Assembly: GCA_030141605.1 (NCBI GenBank)
Contig: JAQGDQ010000004.1
Coordinates: 1,426,001-1,490,000 of the forward strand
Direction of reading: 5' to 3'
Source of the DNA: Tubiluchus corallicola
Lineage: Eukaryota > Animalia > Priapulida
DNA length: 64,000 nucleotides
Under the pieces are notes generated by a model. The model did no database searches, was not told the DNA's origin, and saw nothing but the letters and a program-made list of their open reading frames with translations. Shown here in pieces: positions 12,151-24,960 of this stretch. The translations under genes and the position numbers were made by a program. How positions within the stretch are numbered: position 1 is the first letter of the stretch; every line of letters starts with the position of its first letter.

Positions 12151-15100
12151 GAGTGGAGTCGCATTATATCGTTAATGTTATTGGCGCTTATAGTTGTGCT
12201 GACGTATTGTTTTTGTCGCACTCTTGTGACAATAAGCCTTTCACAGTTCCAGCGATTGATGATCCCAAGCAAGATTCTGCTATTAAATCACTCTACGCAC
12301 AGACTAATGCATAATTAACTAAACTGAATTCAGTTAATTAAATAACTAAATTCAGTTACTGAACTGACGCGGCAGACGGGTTTGTTTTACGCACGTGTCA
12401 CGTAATGGTTGTAGTTAAGATGAGTTGCTGCAGTACATTTAACCTTTGACCTATAGCAACTGCGAAACAACGAAACTGTGAAAAGGCTTATTGTTCAAGA
12501 AATTAATCACACAATACACTGGATGTAAATTATTTTACTCGCTAACTTCTAGTAGTTTTCTATTAAAGTAGGCTTAGGTAACAAGCTGTCGAGCAGGGTT
12601 CATTACGCGGAATTCTCATAAATAATGGACAATAACTGGTATCTTCACAGAGGGACTAACTGCTAATAAACAAGCTTGTACCCTAATTGGCTTAGTGTGT
12701 CTAATATCTCAAGAGCTTTTACGACCACCAATGTACGTGCATAGACTGCTGATAGATGCCGACTTGAACAATGAACATTGAACAATTTTGTGACTAATAT
12801 AGAATGCCGAAATGTTTGCTACTAAGTATGAAAGTAATTCCCTTTTGATCATTTTTGCATTCAACAAAGCTGCAGAGGTAGCGTGCACAGCACACATGAA
12901 AACTTTGTGGCTTACTCTAAGTTGCTTTTTGAGTGTACAGTACAAGAAAAGAGAAATCTAGGCATACACAAAGTCAGAATTCGTGGTAAATTTATAACTT
13001 TCTCATTGACAGCACTGAGCTCCCGACTTCACAGTTTTTCAGCGTCTCATTTTTTTCTGCAACTCATTACCCGTAAGTGTAATAGTTCTTGTGAAGTAAA
13101 CCGCAATACTTTACTAACCTTCTGGCATTCACAGTCACAATCTAATTAATGATATTGCTAATTGCCAGCTAATTTGAATAAAGTTGCTACAATCTGAAAA
13201 ACTCCGCCGCACATTTTTAAGCGATTATAAAAACGACGAAAACCATCGTTCAAAATCCAGACCAATTAACTTTTTCCCAAATTTGAACATTGCATTGTAT
13301 AATTTGGCTTAAAAATTTAATTTTTACCCATCTTAATCACTATGGGTTTGGACGATCTTGTAAACACGTTCTTTATTGCTACTCGGTTGTTTTATTTGTG
13401 CATCATTTGCAAAACTGACGAAGCACATACGTGTTACAAAGCTCGTCTAGATGGCTTGTTGTTGTCCAACACGAACGTCATTTATATAAGAGAAGCTTCA
13501 GGGTTGTTGGCAAAGCAATTTACACTTGTTTAGTTTCTGCCTGAGGAAATGTAATACTCGCTGTATCTGCAAAGTGGTTATTAATGGCTGCTGTTACGAA
13601 GTCCAATAACATTAATTTCAACATTTATTAGCTGTAGCAGTATTTTGCACTTTCACTGTGCAAACAAAGAACGTTATCTCTGCAAAAAAAGTTACCAAAA
13701 AAGTTACAGCTTGCGTAATTGGTGTAGTCTTTGTGAAGTACACGGGAAACTTGGTGATCAAACTAAATAACGTAGTAACGTGCTGAGTGGCACTATGCTT
13801 AATTCCAAGACGTGGTAATCAAATTTGAGTAATTTCGTGTTTAAAAAGAGCAATTCTGTGTTTAGTTCAGGTATTTCGACGCTCAAAGTAGAGCATGTGA
13901 AAAACTTGTAGCTTTAATTTGAATAACTAGATGCTTAACATGAGCAACTCATGAAGTACTAGCTTGGTATTTAAAAGGTGTAACTTGACATCCACCTTGC
14001 ACAACTTTGTGCTCAGATTTGGTGATTATAGAATCGCCTTCGCGTTTACATCACTGCTCACTTCGTTCGTGTGCTCTCACACTTTCTCTCTGTTTCTGTA
14101 TCTGTCTATCTGTCTCTCCCCCTGTTTTTCTCCCAGATGAAACGGAAGTACAGAAAGTTTGCAGTTATGCAGGGGCCGATACAAATTTGGCCAGTATAAA
14201 CAGACGTGATTTTCTGACCCATTATTTTAGAGAAAGATGTTGAGTAACTTACCGCTTAAAATGTCCAACAGGGAGCTCAGGAAGAGTTAACTTCCTCAGT
14301 TGAATAGGAACTTGATTATGGGGGTTTCTTATTTTCACCTGATAACCAAAACTAATATCATAACGGATTAATATTTTTACGCCTTTTTCCCAATATAATG
14401 AACTAGACGATTTTCTCAATAAATATTTTATGAGATTGCGTAATAAACCGAAATATCTGATAAAACAATCACATGGCCCATGCACTGACTAACCAATCAC
14501 CACTGGTTGCTACACCATTCACTTTGTTTTGTGTCAGGTTTCAAGACATGAAGATTTCAATTAACTAAGTTTGATCAAATTCTGACACTGTTGTGAGAGG
14601 GGTTAATCAAATAGACGTTGACCTTGTGAGAGGGGCAGCAACACAAATTTGGCGCCAAAATTTCATAAACAATTTGTAGCTTAATAAAAGCTTAAATATA
14701 ATTTTTCTGGTCAATGCAAGAAATGAGCTTATTTCTGGAAGCCTACTTTTATATGTCTCGTACAATGGACGCATGCGCATTAAAACTACAATGAAACTCG
14801 ATTACTGGAAAAGACTACTATTTTTTCTATAAGTTACGATAAAAGCACATTTAAATTTCAGGTGAATAGATAAACCACCTACATTTCATATACTAATGAC
14901 AAAAAAGACAATTTTTGTGATAAACAGGGTTACGTGTATTGGATGAATGCGAAGTTCTTTGAAAAGAATTTTCTCCAAATGTTCTAGTTAGAAGTTCAAG
15001 GCGAAAATCAACGGGTAAGAAAGGCTCACATAGCTTCTTTATTTTGTAAGTTTGTATAACATAATATGCTGGCATATGCAAAAAAATAATTATTGTAAGA

Positions 15101-18100
15101 TTTCAGTAAACCCAAGATTATTAACTAACTTTCGCTGAGTGCAGAAACTATTTTTTGTTTGGCTTGTTTCCCTCTTTTAGACCTGAAAATCTGCGATTAA
15201 ATTTAGACGTGTCCACTACGTTAGAAGCCAGTTTGGTGTTTTTCGTGTTTGATATTTAATTGTCAATAGCGCATGAAACGGTATTTCCTGTGTTTGTAAC
15301 AATAGCACATGAGCTATGTGGTAACAGCACAAAACTCCAAGCTGATGTGTCAGACGAAGACTTAAATTGTCCTCGATAACAAGGTTTTGTCAATTTTAAC
15401 CGTGCCTATGACTGATGCGCATGGAGAACATTAAAAGGGCTGCTTTCCGCAAATCAAATTACGAAGACACTTTTTGTTTCTGGAAATGTCATAGACACAC
15501 AGCGACTTAATGTTTGGTATCACCTTTTTACCCTGCTAGCAGGTGTGTTTGTAGTGCAATAATGTAAAATACAATCTTAACTCTCTGGCGCAGTAACCGC
15601 GTGATTAGAATATTCTTCAGTTCTTTCCTGCAATATTTTGCATCTTCTTTAACTAAGGACTTTTCGAAAATGTTCAAGAAAACTTTGATGTTAGCTTACC
15701 TTGATACTAGCTTTGATAATAACCACTTGCCAGTTTTTCTCTGTGTATGGTCCAAATAATTTCTCAGTGAGATCCAGCATCAATGCAAAATATTGAACAC
15801 CTAATAGCTAATTATGATGTAGAGTGTTTGTTGCAGCCTGCAATAAGTTTTTCTTCGCCATTTTGCCTCGAATGGTTTTCATGTGTATTCCTTGCACTTT
15901 GCTAGCAAGATTTCTTCGCGGTGTCACGCTCTTCCACATTAAAGACTAGCATTCTTTGTGCTTGCTCTTTTTTGTATTCTCCTGGCATTTTTAATTATTC
16001 TTCTTAAATTGTTTATTAGTTTGCACATAAAGTACGCACAAAAGACATTGACGTCCGATGGTGATTTGTTCGATGTGACAAAGTCACATTGAGCTTGTCT
16101 GAGGAATTTCCACTATATAGCATTCCGTAAAGATTTTATACCAACAGCTTGACAGATGTCAGAAAAACAAATAATATTAGAAACCGTTGACAAAATTTTG
16201 TAAATTTAATGTGGCAAAGTCGCCCACAACGAATTTTTGCAAATACGTAATCGGGGGAACATAGTTTCATGATAGCAGCAGTAGGAAAAATTGTGAAAAT
16301 TTGTTCACTTTTATATGAAATTGCAAATTTCATATTCTTGGCACATAGGCCATAAGGCAAAAGTTTTTATGCATGTCACAGTGTAGTTAGAAATCGTTTT
16401 ATGTGAAACAGTAGTAATAATTATAGTGGTTTGTGACTTTAAACTTCTGATTTTAAATTCATCTCGTTTTACGCTGCTATTTACTGCTTACGCTATCAAG
16501 ACATAGCAAAGAAAAAGGAAGGAAACAATTACACGTGAATCGAGTTATTCCAAGCTCTGCTTTTATGTTTTTAAATGTCACCTATATTGTTTTATGTTGT
16601 TTGAGCTAGAAATTTATTCGAGTTCTGAATTTAAGGTTGGTATATATACAGATACATATTGTATGTGTCTGTATATTACAAGTTGCACAGTTGCAGTCAT
16701 GTACCTCCATCAATAATTCTTCAAAATGCACCTCAATTAGGTCAATTGCTTACCTTATGAGCTAACACTGCATGTTACTCTCGTTAATCACCTGGATGTA
16801 ATAATTGATCATAGAACTAGATTTTCAGTTCGAATTTATTGCTTGTGTACATTATACCTATAGGTGTTAATTACATGTACTGATAATGCGGAAATCAGTT
16901 AAATTAATGCGGTTGTGGAAGTTGTTTTAAAGAAGTTGCCTCAGCAATGAAAGACACTCTTTGCAAAGCAGATGATTAGCGAATTAACAAGGTTATAAAG
17001 AGGAATCACTTTATAAAGTAAAGTTTAAATTAATGCTCTTACAGTAAAAGTGAAAAGCGCATACCTTTTCATTGAATTTAAGGCTCCTTTAAGTTGTAAC
17101 AAGAGACTGAATTTTCAAATTCCCCAAAACAGACTGCTTTTTGCCAACTTAATTTTCAAGTGTCCGCCGTGATACGTGATCCTTAGTGTTAAGCATCGCC
17201 AACACCAATCGCTGTATGTGCTTATTGCGTTAAAAAGGAAAATATGCCGAAACTGCAGTGGATTATCACCTGTTAGGGTTGCTATATAGCATTAATTTTT
17301 TAAGATTTTAGACACGTATACCCAAATATGTACACGCGTTCAAAAACAAAATTCCTAAATAATAGGCCTACGCGTGTTACAAGGCTAAACTAAGGAGGCA
17401 ATGAATGAATGTAGCATCAAACTGTAGGTTTTCAAAATGTAAGATATTACTTCAGCAGGGCTGAGCGATGACAAAGTAGAATTTGCGCTAGAATACACAA
17501 CGTACAATTTAGGCTACTGTCTCTTTTTGTGAGGCCACTCGTGCCTAGTTACAATTTGAAACTAGACTTTTGATATATGATTGCTCTAAACTGCAGTCTG
17601 CATGGAGACTAGCGACAAGGATATCGCTGGACAGCGGGTGCGGTGTATGGAGCATAAAAAAATCAATGAATTTTGCGATCACTTTGTAATTATCCCAGAA
17701 AAACTCCATCCAAATGCAGAAAAAGAAACAGTTACATAATTGTGGCCCGTTTAACTAAAAAACAAGTGGCTACAGCTAGGATACGGCTGTAATTACACTA
17801 AACGCTATATCTGTAACCTAATCGCTTTGCTTGCATATGCTTTTAACAGTGTAGCACCCGTACGTCTATTATTTAGTGATTTTGATTTTTGAGCGCACGC
17901 ATTTGGCTATGTGTCTAAATGATTAAAAAATTGATGTTCTATAACAACCCTAACTGGTGATGACCAAAATGCTCATTTATTAACTGAAAAATAATTTAAT
18001 GAAATTTGTCATTAATTAAGTAGTGATAGCTGCGCGTATCTAACGCCGGTGACGTCATGCCAGCGGAAAATCAAGATGGCACGAAGCAGGGTACCATTAC

Positions 18101-19624
18101 AGCAAAAACTAATGATTTATACAGCTTAAAGCAGCACTGAAAGTATTTTTAATGTTAAGCTTAAACGTTTACTTCGTCTCACCTGGTTAGTGCACTATAT
18201 TTTATAGATGAAAAATAGTAACGAAGTACAACGTGCAAAAGTTTTAGCGTAACATTACAGGTATCTCACGCTGAGCTGCTTTATTATTGGAAGCGTGATT
18301 CTATTTTCTGACCATTTTCGCCTTTTAAATAACTCATTGCTATGTTGCCTTGTGCCCGATATTCAAACAGTGCTTCTGACAAAGAAGTTACAATTCATTT
18401 TTGCATTTTTCAACAGATAAAATTGTAAGAAAAGGATTCTTAGATGCGATCGACTGATCGATAGAAAAAACTGACAACGAAGCAGCACGTTAGAGTTTGT
18501 TCCCTGCACTTTGTCAATGACGGTTGTGAGCCTGAGTTGGTACACTGTCTGACTTAATGTTAGACTCAAAAGTCAAAGAAAACTAAAGATTAAGTAGAAA
18601 TAAGATGGCACTTTTTTAATTCTTTAAAAGAGTGCTCGTTACATTTTCGACACCCTAGAAAACCTTTCGGGTATTTTTCTTCGTATGTGCAAATGAGGTC
18701 CCAGAAAAGAAAAGCTTTAAATCTTTAAGTCAAAAATACAGTTCAACTTAAAATTTGACTGCCGTACAATTTTTTGCAGTCGCACACCACTATTCTACGT
18801 GTTATTCCGATTTTTTGCCTTGTTTAGCGTTGAGATCGCATTTTGTCCGATTTTTATGAGAAAGGGAAGTTAATTAATTAATTAACATTAAAATCGAGAA
18901 TCCCCATAAAGTCGGGAGGGTTGGTATGTCTTATTCCTGGCTAAACATAGCTTTCAAGAAATTTAGCTAGAAAGGTTAATCATCACTTTAATTACTGTGC
19001 GGTGTAACACTGAGTTACAGTTTAGTAAGTAATTTATCACCTCTTTACTTGAAATATATTCCAAAATTATTTTTGGCCGTCTGTGATGCGTAATCTGGGG
19101 CAACTTGTATAAAATCAGCAAGAAAAATTTTGATACAATAGCATTTTGTTTATATTTTACCGTATACGCGCATACATTGTTAAATGCATCACAGATATAT
19201 CAGGAATGCCACGACAAATTTAATGAAGTTTAATTTTGCGTGCATAAAGCTTTTCGTCAGTTTTTAAATAAACTATAATTATAAGCAATGTATAAACTAC
19301 ATTTTGATGGCAATCACATTTTGCCTTCAGTGTTGTTTTAAGCTTTAGATTCTGTTAAAAAATGAGCGATTTTTAACAAAATGCTGCAAGGGAATTAAAC
19401 TCTACTTTACAAAGTGATTTCATTCCCCTTTAAAGCTTTGGTAGCTACAGTATTACTATTTGATTTCAAAAAATATACTCGTTACTTAATAAAGAATTCG
19501 ATTGAAATTTGTAAATCTAGTCAACTAGTCGTGAACCCATCTAAAATATGCATAATAAATAAGTTAATAACTCCAACGAGTTCGCTGTTGATGTACTACG
19601 TAATACTGCGAGGATAGCAGTTTT

Positions 19625-19700
19625 GATGCTGCTGCTGCTGATGATGATGACGATGATTATCAAATGTTGCTGATAATGATGATGATGATGACGATGATGA
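19625..19700 (+). repeat. (GCT)n/(GAT)n compound trinucleotide repeat
   Basis: Direct reading. Confidence 0.9.
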
Positions 19701-22700
19701 CAAGGAAACCACTGACACAAAAATAATTTCTGTATTTTAAATATAAAACGAATTCGAAATAAGTAGGTCATCCAGATGACCAGAAGCGAAAGGAGTAGCT
19801 TACAGAAAGAAACGTATAAAAGTTCTTATTTACAATATTTACGTGTTAAAAGAGGAATTTATTTACTTACATTAATTTCTATTTAATTTGTATCTTTTTC
19901 CATGCAGTTCTCGGTTTTCGACCTGGGGTCCAGTAGTTAATGGGATAACTTATTTAATGTAAATAGTTGTGACGGTACAGGAATCTCTTTATTTATCGAG
20001 GGTATTGCACTATGATGGGTCAATCACTGAGCCGCAGAATTGTCTTAGCAACATTCAGACGCGTACACATACACTCAACGAGAAACATAGTCAGAGGCAG
20101 TATAGCATGTGAAACCGTGTACAAACAGTTTTCTCGGCGCGCCGGTCACACAGTCATTTACCTACCAGGCTTGGTGTTGCTTATCTATATAGCTAGGCAC
20201 GTTCACTTGACTGCTCAGCTATTCATCGGTTTGACGATTCATCAGCAAATATAATGTGTGAAGCCACTCACAATAAGTTTGAAAATCTAGAAATGAACAA
20301 GCAAACGGCAGTTTCCAAATAATGTTTGTAGTAAATTTTTAATTGCACTTACTTGTCGTGAACTTTACACGATTTCTTCAGGTATCTAAGTATCCCCAGG
20401 TGCTCAATTGTTTCCTAATCCACTTTATCCTGCTTGATTTTGAAATTTTCAATATTTTCACCGCAAAAACTAAATCTTCTGCTAAGAACGTGAGGAACAA
20501 CTAAGAGACGAGCGCTGTACTGACGTCAATATAGCCTACACTTCTGTGGATGCTTGTCTAATTAGTTCACTATACTCTTCATCATAATTAAACTTTAATG
20601 CTCTCACGCTATGCGCATTAGAACCTCTGTGATTGACGCTTTGGTTTATCTAGTACGTGAAGCCATAGAGAGGCTTGATATAGATTTCTCAGCCCGCTAC
20701 CTGGGGGCGTGGTCATCTTAGCGGAGCACCCGCAAAATGAAGAGGTAATGCGCTCATTTGCATTATTTTAATTATTACAAGCATGTTTATAATATGTTTC
20801 AGAAAGTGAGCAGATTTTTTAGCGCACGAAAGAGTACGAATTCTCGTGGAATATAATTTGCACCCGATAGCCAACCGTTTAACTAGGAGACCAAACTGAC
20901 CAACGAAGCAGCCATTGTATTGCCCTGGTTTATTAATTATTGTTACTTGTTTATACTAAGATTCGTACGTTATGATCGCTTGTTGTTTTTCAGCCTTAAA
21001 TTAATATTACAAAGATTTCGCGAGTTTTATACTGTAACGCGCCGTATACATCTTGCTTGCAGACAAAATTAGATTGTAATGCCAGTCTAGAACTATAATG
21101 GATATTTTATAGAGCTATTAGTAGTTGGTGCAGAAGAGAATGGCAAGTTAGTGAAAAGATTTCTCGTGGGGAACGCGGCTGCACTTCTTTGCTCTCTGGA
21201 AATTGAGAGATTTTTATGGGAAGTTTCAGCGCTCTGCAAACCGCACTGCAGTAGTCAGTGCCGCAAGGCTTAATTGACGTGGAGACCTGCGGCAGTACTG
21301 GAACGTGATTCATTATCCACGTTAATCACTATATATTATGATGAAACAGTGAATTCTCAGGATTAGTATGACAAAGTACCACCCATTGACGGGTTTTCAG
21401 GCCAACACCCACATATTAATGGCTAAGGTCGGCATTGCTCAACTTCAGTGCTAAGTACCTACCATGACCACTTAGCTATCACCTCACCCCATAAGGTTAC
21501 TTAGCAGTCAAGTAATAAAAACTGAAGGCCGCTGCATGAATCGCCTTTTTTATAATAACTATGCGATTGTATAAAGGAATGCACTACATTACCAGGCTAG
21601 GCGATAATTAAGTTTGTTTTCATGTTCCTAATTTCAAAAGCAGAGCTTATGCACTTGCCGCTGCCGTAACTAATAACCACATGCAACACATAAGAAAAGT
21701 CTCTTTAATAATTAGCGCATAAAAAGTTCAGAAGAAACATTGCTCTGACAATCTACATAATTTTATTGTGAAAATAAGTTTCCAATTAAAATTACCATAG
21801 TTCTTCTCACTATTGTATTCAACAACATAAAACTTTCGTCCACATTTTGTAGTACACTAATAATATTCCAGTTTACAATCAGTTAAAAGCAAAAATGATT
21901 TAACAACTAAAAATGATGCTCTTTATAAAGTAAGTAGACTAGATAGGCACATTACATAACTTTGAATTTATACTAAACCGTTTTTACCAACGTTAAAATA
22001 TATTGTAGTAAAATGCAACACGGATGATGCAAAAATATAATTCGTACCACTTGAGACTTGTCAATTTACATGTATTTAGATCCAATCAAAAAACAGAAGT
22101 GTTATCCACAAGGGTTCTTTGTCACTCAAGGATTCAATTGGAAAACTGATAATTAACTGGTAATTAAGATAAAATAAAAATATTAAGCTGATACGACAAA
22201 TCAATTATAACATAAACAGATGCAAATTACTTATCTAGTTTACTTCATTAGATACCACTTGATCTAGCATAACTTCACTTGGTGAGTCAAGACTCTAAAA
22301 GTACATTACAATATCATTGCAATCATTTCAACAATAACAGTTTTGATAACCTAAATTAAAACATTAATACACATCAATAACAGCTGGCACTCCAAGTTTC
22401 CCTACAGGGAATCCAATTATACGACTCTGGTGCTTTAGCATGAGAAACTGATCATGAGAATTAATGGAATATCATATATTACACAATATAAATCACGTGC
22501 TATTACTATACATGGACGTATCATTTATTCAAAAATATCTTCTTACTCGATAATTTTTTTACATAACTCACTTTTGAGGATTTGAATGTTTGATGTTTGT
22601 AAACGCGAGACAAAAATTATATCGTGCAGAACTTTTCACCCTATAATTTGTTTAGAACAAAAATATAGAAGACACACACACTTACATAAATAAAATTAGT

Positions 22701-24561
22701 AGAAACTAACTTCTTTATTTTCAGAAATCGCTAGCTAAATAGTCCGTCCTAACTAGCAAATTATGCTTACTGGAGACGCATACCAACAAAATTGTGCTTT
22801 TAATGACGTCTGTTAAAGCAAACAGTCAATTAACACTTTTACTTGTAATGCCTTTCAGGTACAGGTATTTGACACTGAACAACAAATTCGGAATTTTAAT
22901 TTGACTAGCACATATATGTAATACATGGCATAGAATCTATGCCATGTACTATATTACTTACATGTGCAATTAAAATTGAGTAATAGCAATAGTGTGCTAT
23001 TACACAAAATTAATGAATTTTCACAATTGTTTAAAAGAATTTTTACAGCATTCATCAACATAGTCAAAGTTCTTAACTTTCTAAAAGGCATCTCAAAGAT
23101 AGAAAAACATACCTTATAAAGCAATAAATCATGCAGCAGTAGAACCGTGAACTTCAAAATAATCATGAGGCCAAAGCAGTTTATTAACAGGAATAATACT
23201 TACACGTGCATTAAAAATTGAATAAGAAGTGGTTTTCAGTTAGGGATTAACTGCAATTACTCTTAAAACATCTCATTCAGTAAGAGCTTTGCTCTAACAT
23301 TTTATGTTACAGGTTCACACACAAAAATAATTTACGCTACAATATATACATATTAAATGTGCTAAATTGATGACTAAGCAAGAATTTATTAAAAAATAAT
23401 AATTTACTTTCTAATGCGTAAGTACTGGTCATATTGTACAACAGTGTAATAATATAATGAGTATCTCGAAGTATAACAAGTTTAATATCACGAGTGATGT
23501 TAATGTTGCCTGCTACATAATTCTACCTAACTAAAAACAAACTCACTTCACATCATCAACTGCAATGTGAAAAAATCATTTCTACACTATTACTGGATCA
23601 GATTTTATGCATATCTATAATTTGAACTGTATTCATCATACTAAAAATATTAATAAAATTAAATATTAATGATTGCCGTTGGGATTTAATAATAAAGTAT
23701 TATTGTAACAGATATACTACTCACAAGCAATTAGCTACCTAATGTAGAAATCAAAGAATTCTTGTAATAATCGTCTACTCCTTAAGAAACTGTGATGTGG
23801 ATAGACGTGTTTTTCACTACAGAACTTTTGAATTACTAGAATTTTACTCAAAATGGTGCCGCAAGTAAATTCATAAAAAACATCACTTAAATATGATGCC
23901 GTCTAGGCAAAATTTCTCAAAATTTAAATGTGCAGTAAATTATAATTTTCACTTACAATATTAAAATGACTTTAAAAATGTTTTTTTGCATGCTGTTATC
24001 ACTGGTGTAAACTACTAAGTGGTAAAAATCTTATGTTTAGGTAACATAGCGTAACATGGCATTAACATAGTTAAATTCTCTCACTAAACCATAGAAGTAT
24101 AATGAGAATCATCAAAACAAAAACTTCAAAAGTTTAAAAAAGACACACTCATTTCGATGAAAAAGATAAGATGAATTTCACCAGATCTATACACTAACAG
24201 TGAACATCAATGTGCTTCACACGGACGCAATTTTCTGTTTTCAATGCAGTATAGCCACAAAATCACAATTTTTTATGATAATAAAGTATATAAAATATCG
24301 AGGGTGTTAAATTTAGTGAAATGGTCCCTTTTTTCAATCAAACAAGAAATACGTAATCACTTTTTTACAACCCGGATTTGTTTTTTAGACAAACATTTTA
24401 AAAATGACATTTAACAACTACATTATTAAAAAGTTATCCAAGGACAAACATACTACACTCGTTGGCAACTCTTGTTAGATCACAAGTATCAGCATACAGT
24501 CAAGTGCAGTGAAATAACGATAATGTTACATTTTTGAGTAACATGACAATATTCAACAAGT

Positions 24562-24606
24562 AATATGGACGAAAATGCAATATGGACGAAAATGCAATGG
24601 ACGAAA
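24562..24606 (+). repeat. 17-nt tandem repeat (AATATGGACGAAAATGC, ~2.5 copies) in the presumed FIP 3' UTR
   Basis: Direct reading. Confidence 0.85.
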
Positions 24607-24840
24607 TTATAGTTAGGTTGTACACAGTAGCACACATCACACTGTTCATAAAATCATTAGCATGAATGTTGTGTCACAGTCAGCATATCTCACACTTTAG
24701 ACAGCAACATACTGTGTTCATAATTCACAAACTGCTGCCAAAAATACTTCATTAATCAGTGGTACGGCAACTGAAATAAGCCTCAGGCTGAGTTTTGCAA
24801 CACAAACTTTAAGCTTGTCCCGTATGACGAAGCCTATTGG

Positions 24841-24960
24841 TTATTTGGACGAAACCTCAAGTAGTGAAGGATTATTCTCAATAATTCGCACTAGTATGGA
24901 ATCAATGTAAACACCCATTCGAGCATTCATGTCCTCCTGTTCTTTTAATTTGGTCCGCAA
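24841..24960 (-). CDS. RAB11FIP4: RAB11FIP3/4-like terminal exon (FIP-RBD Rab11-binding domain)
   Basis: [39 protein letters not shown], the typical YID..L..I.E..P.LLE motif. Confidence 0.93.
   Translation of the reverse strand: MRTKLKEQEDMNARMGVYIDSILVRIIENNPSLLEVSSK

Noticed and set aside
12045-12314. ORFs with ERKER / SLSL composition
   Set aside because: Translation of the GA-rich tract
14007-14243. Pyrimidine tract plus CAG followed by an open frame (possible plus-strand exon)
   Set aside because: No homology and no partner exons; the tract is a CT-rich simple repeat
19541-19771. Poly-His ORF
   Set aside because: Translation of the (GAT)n microsatellite
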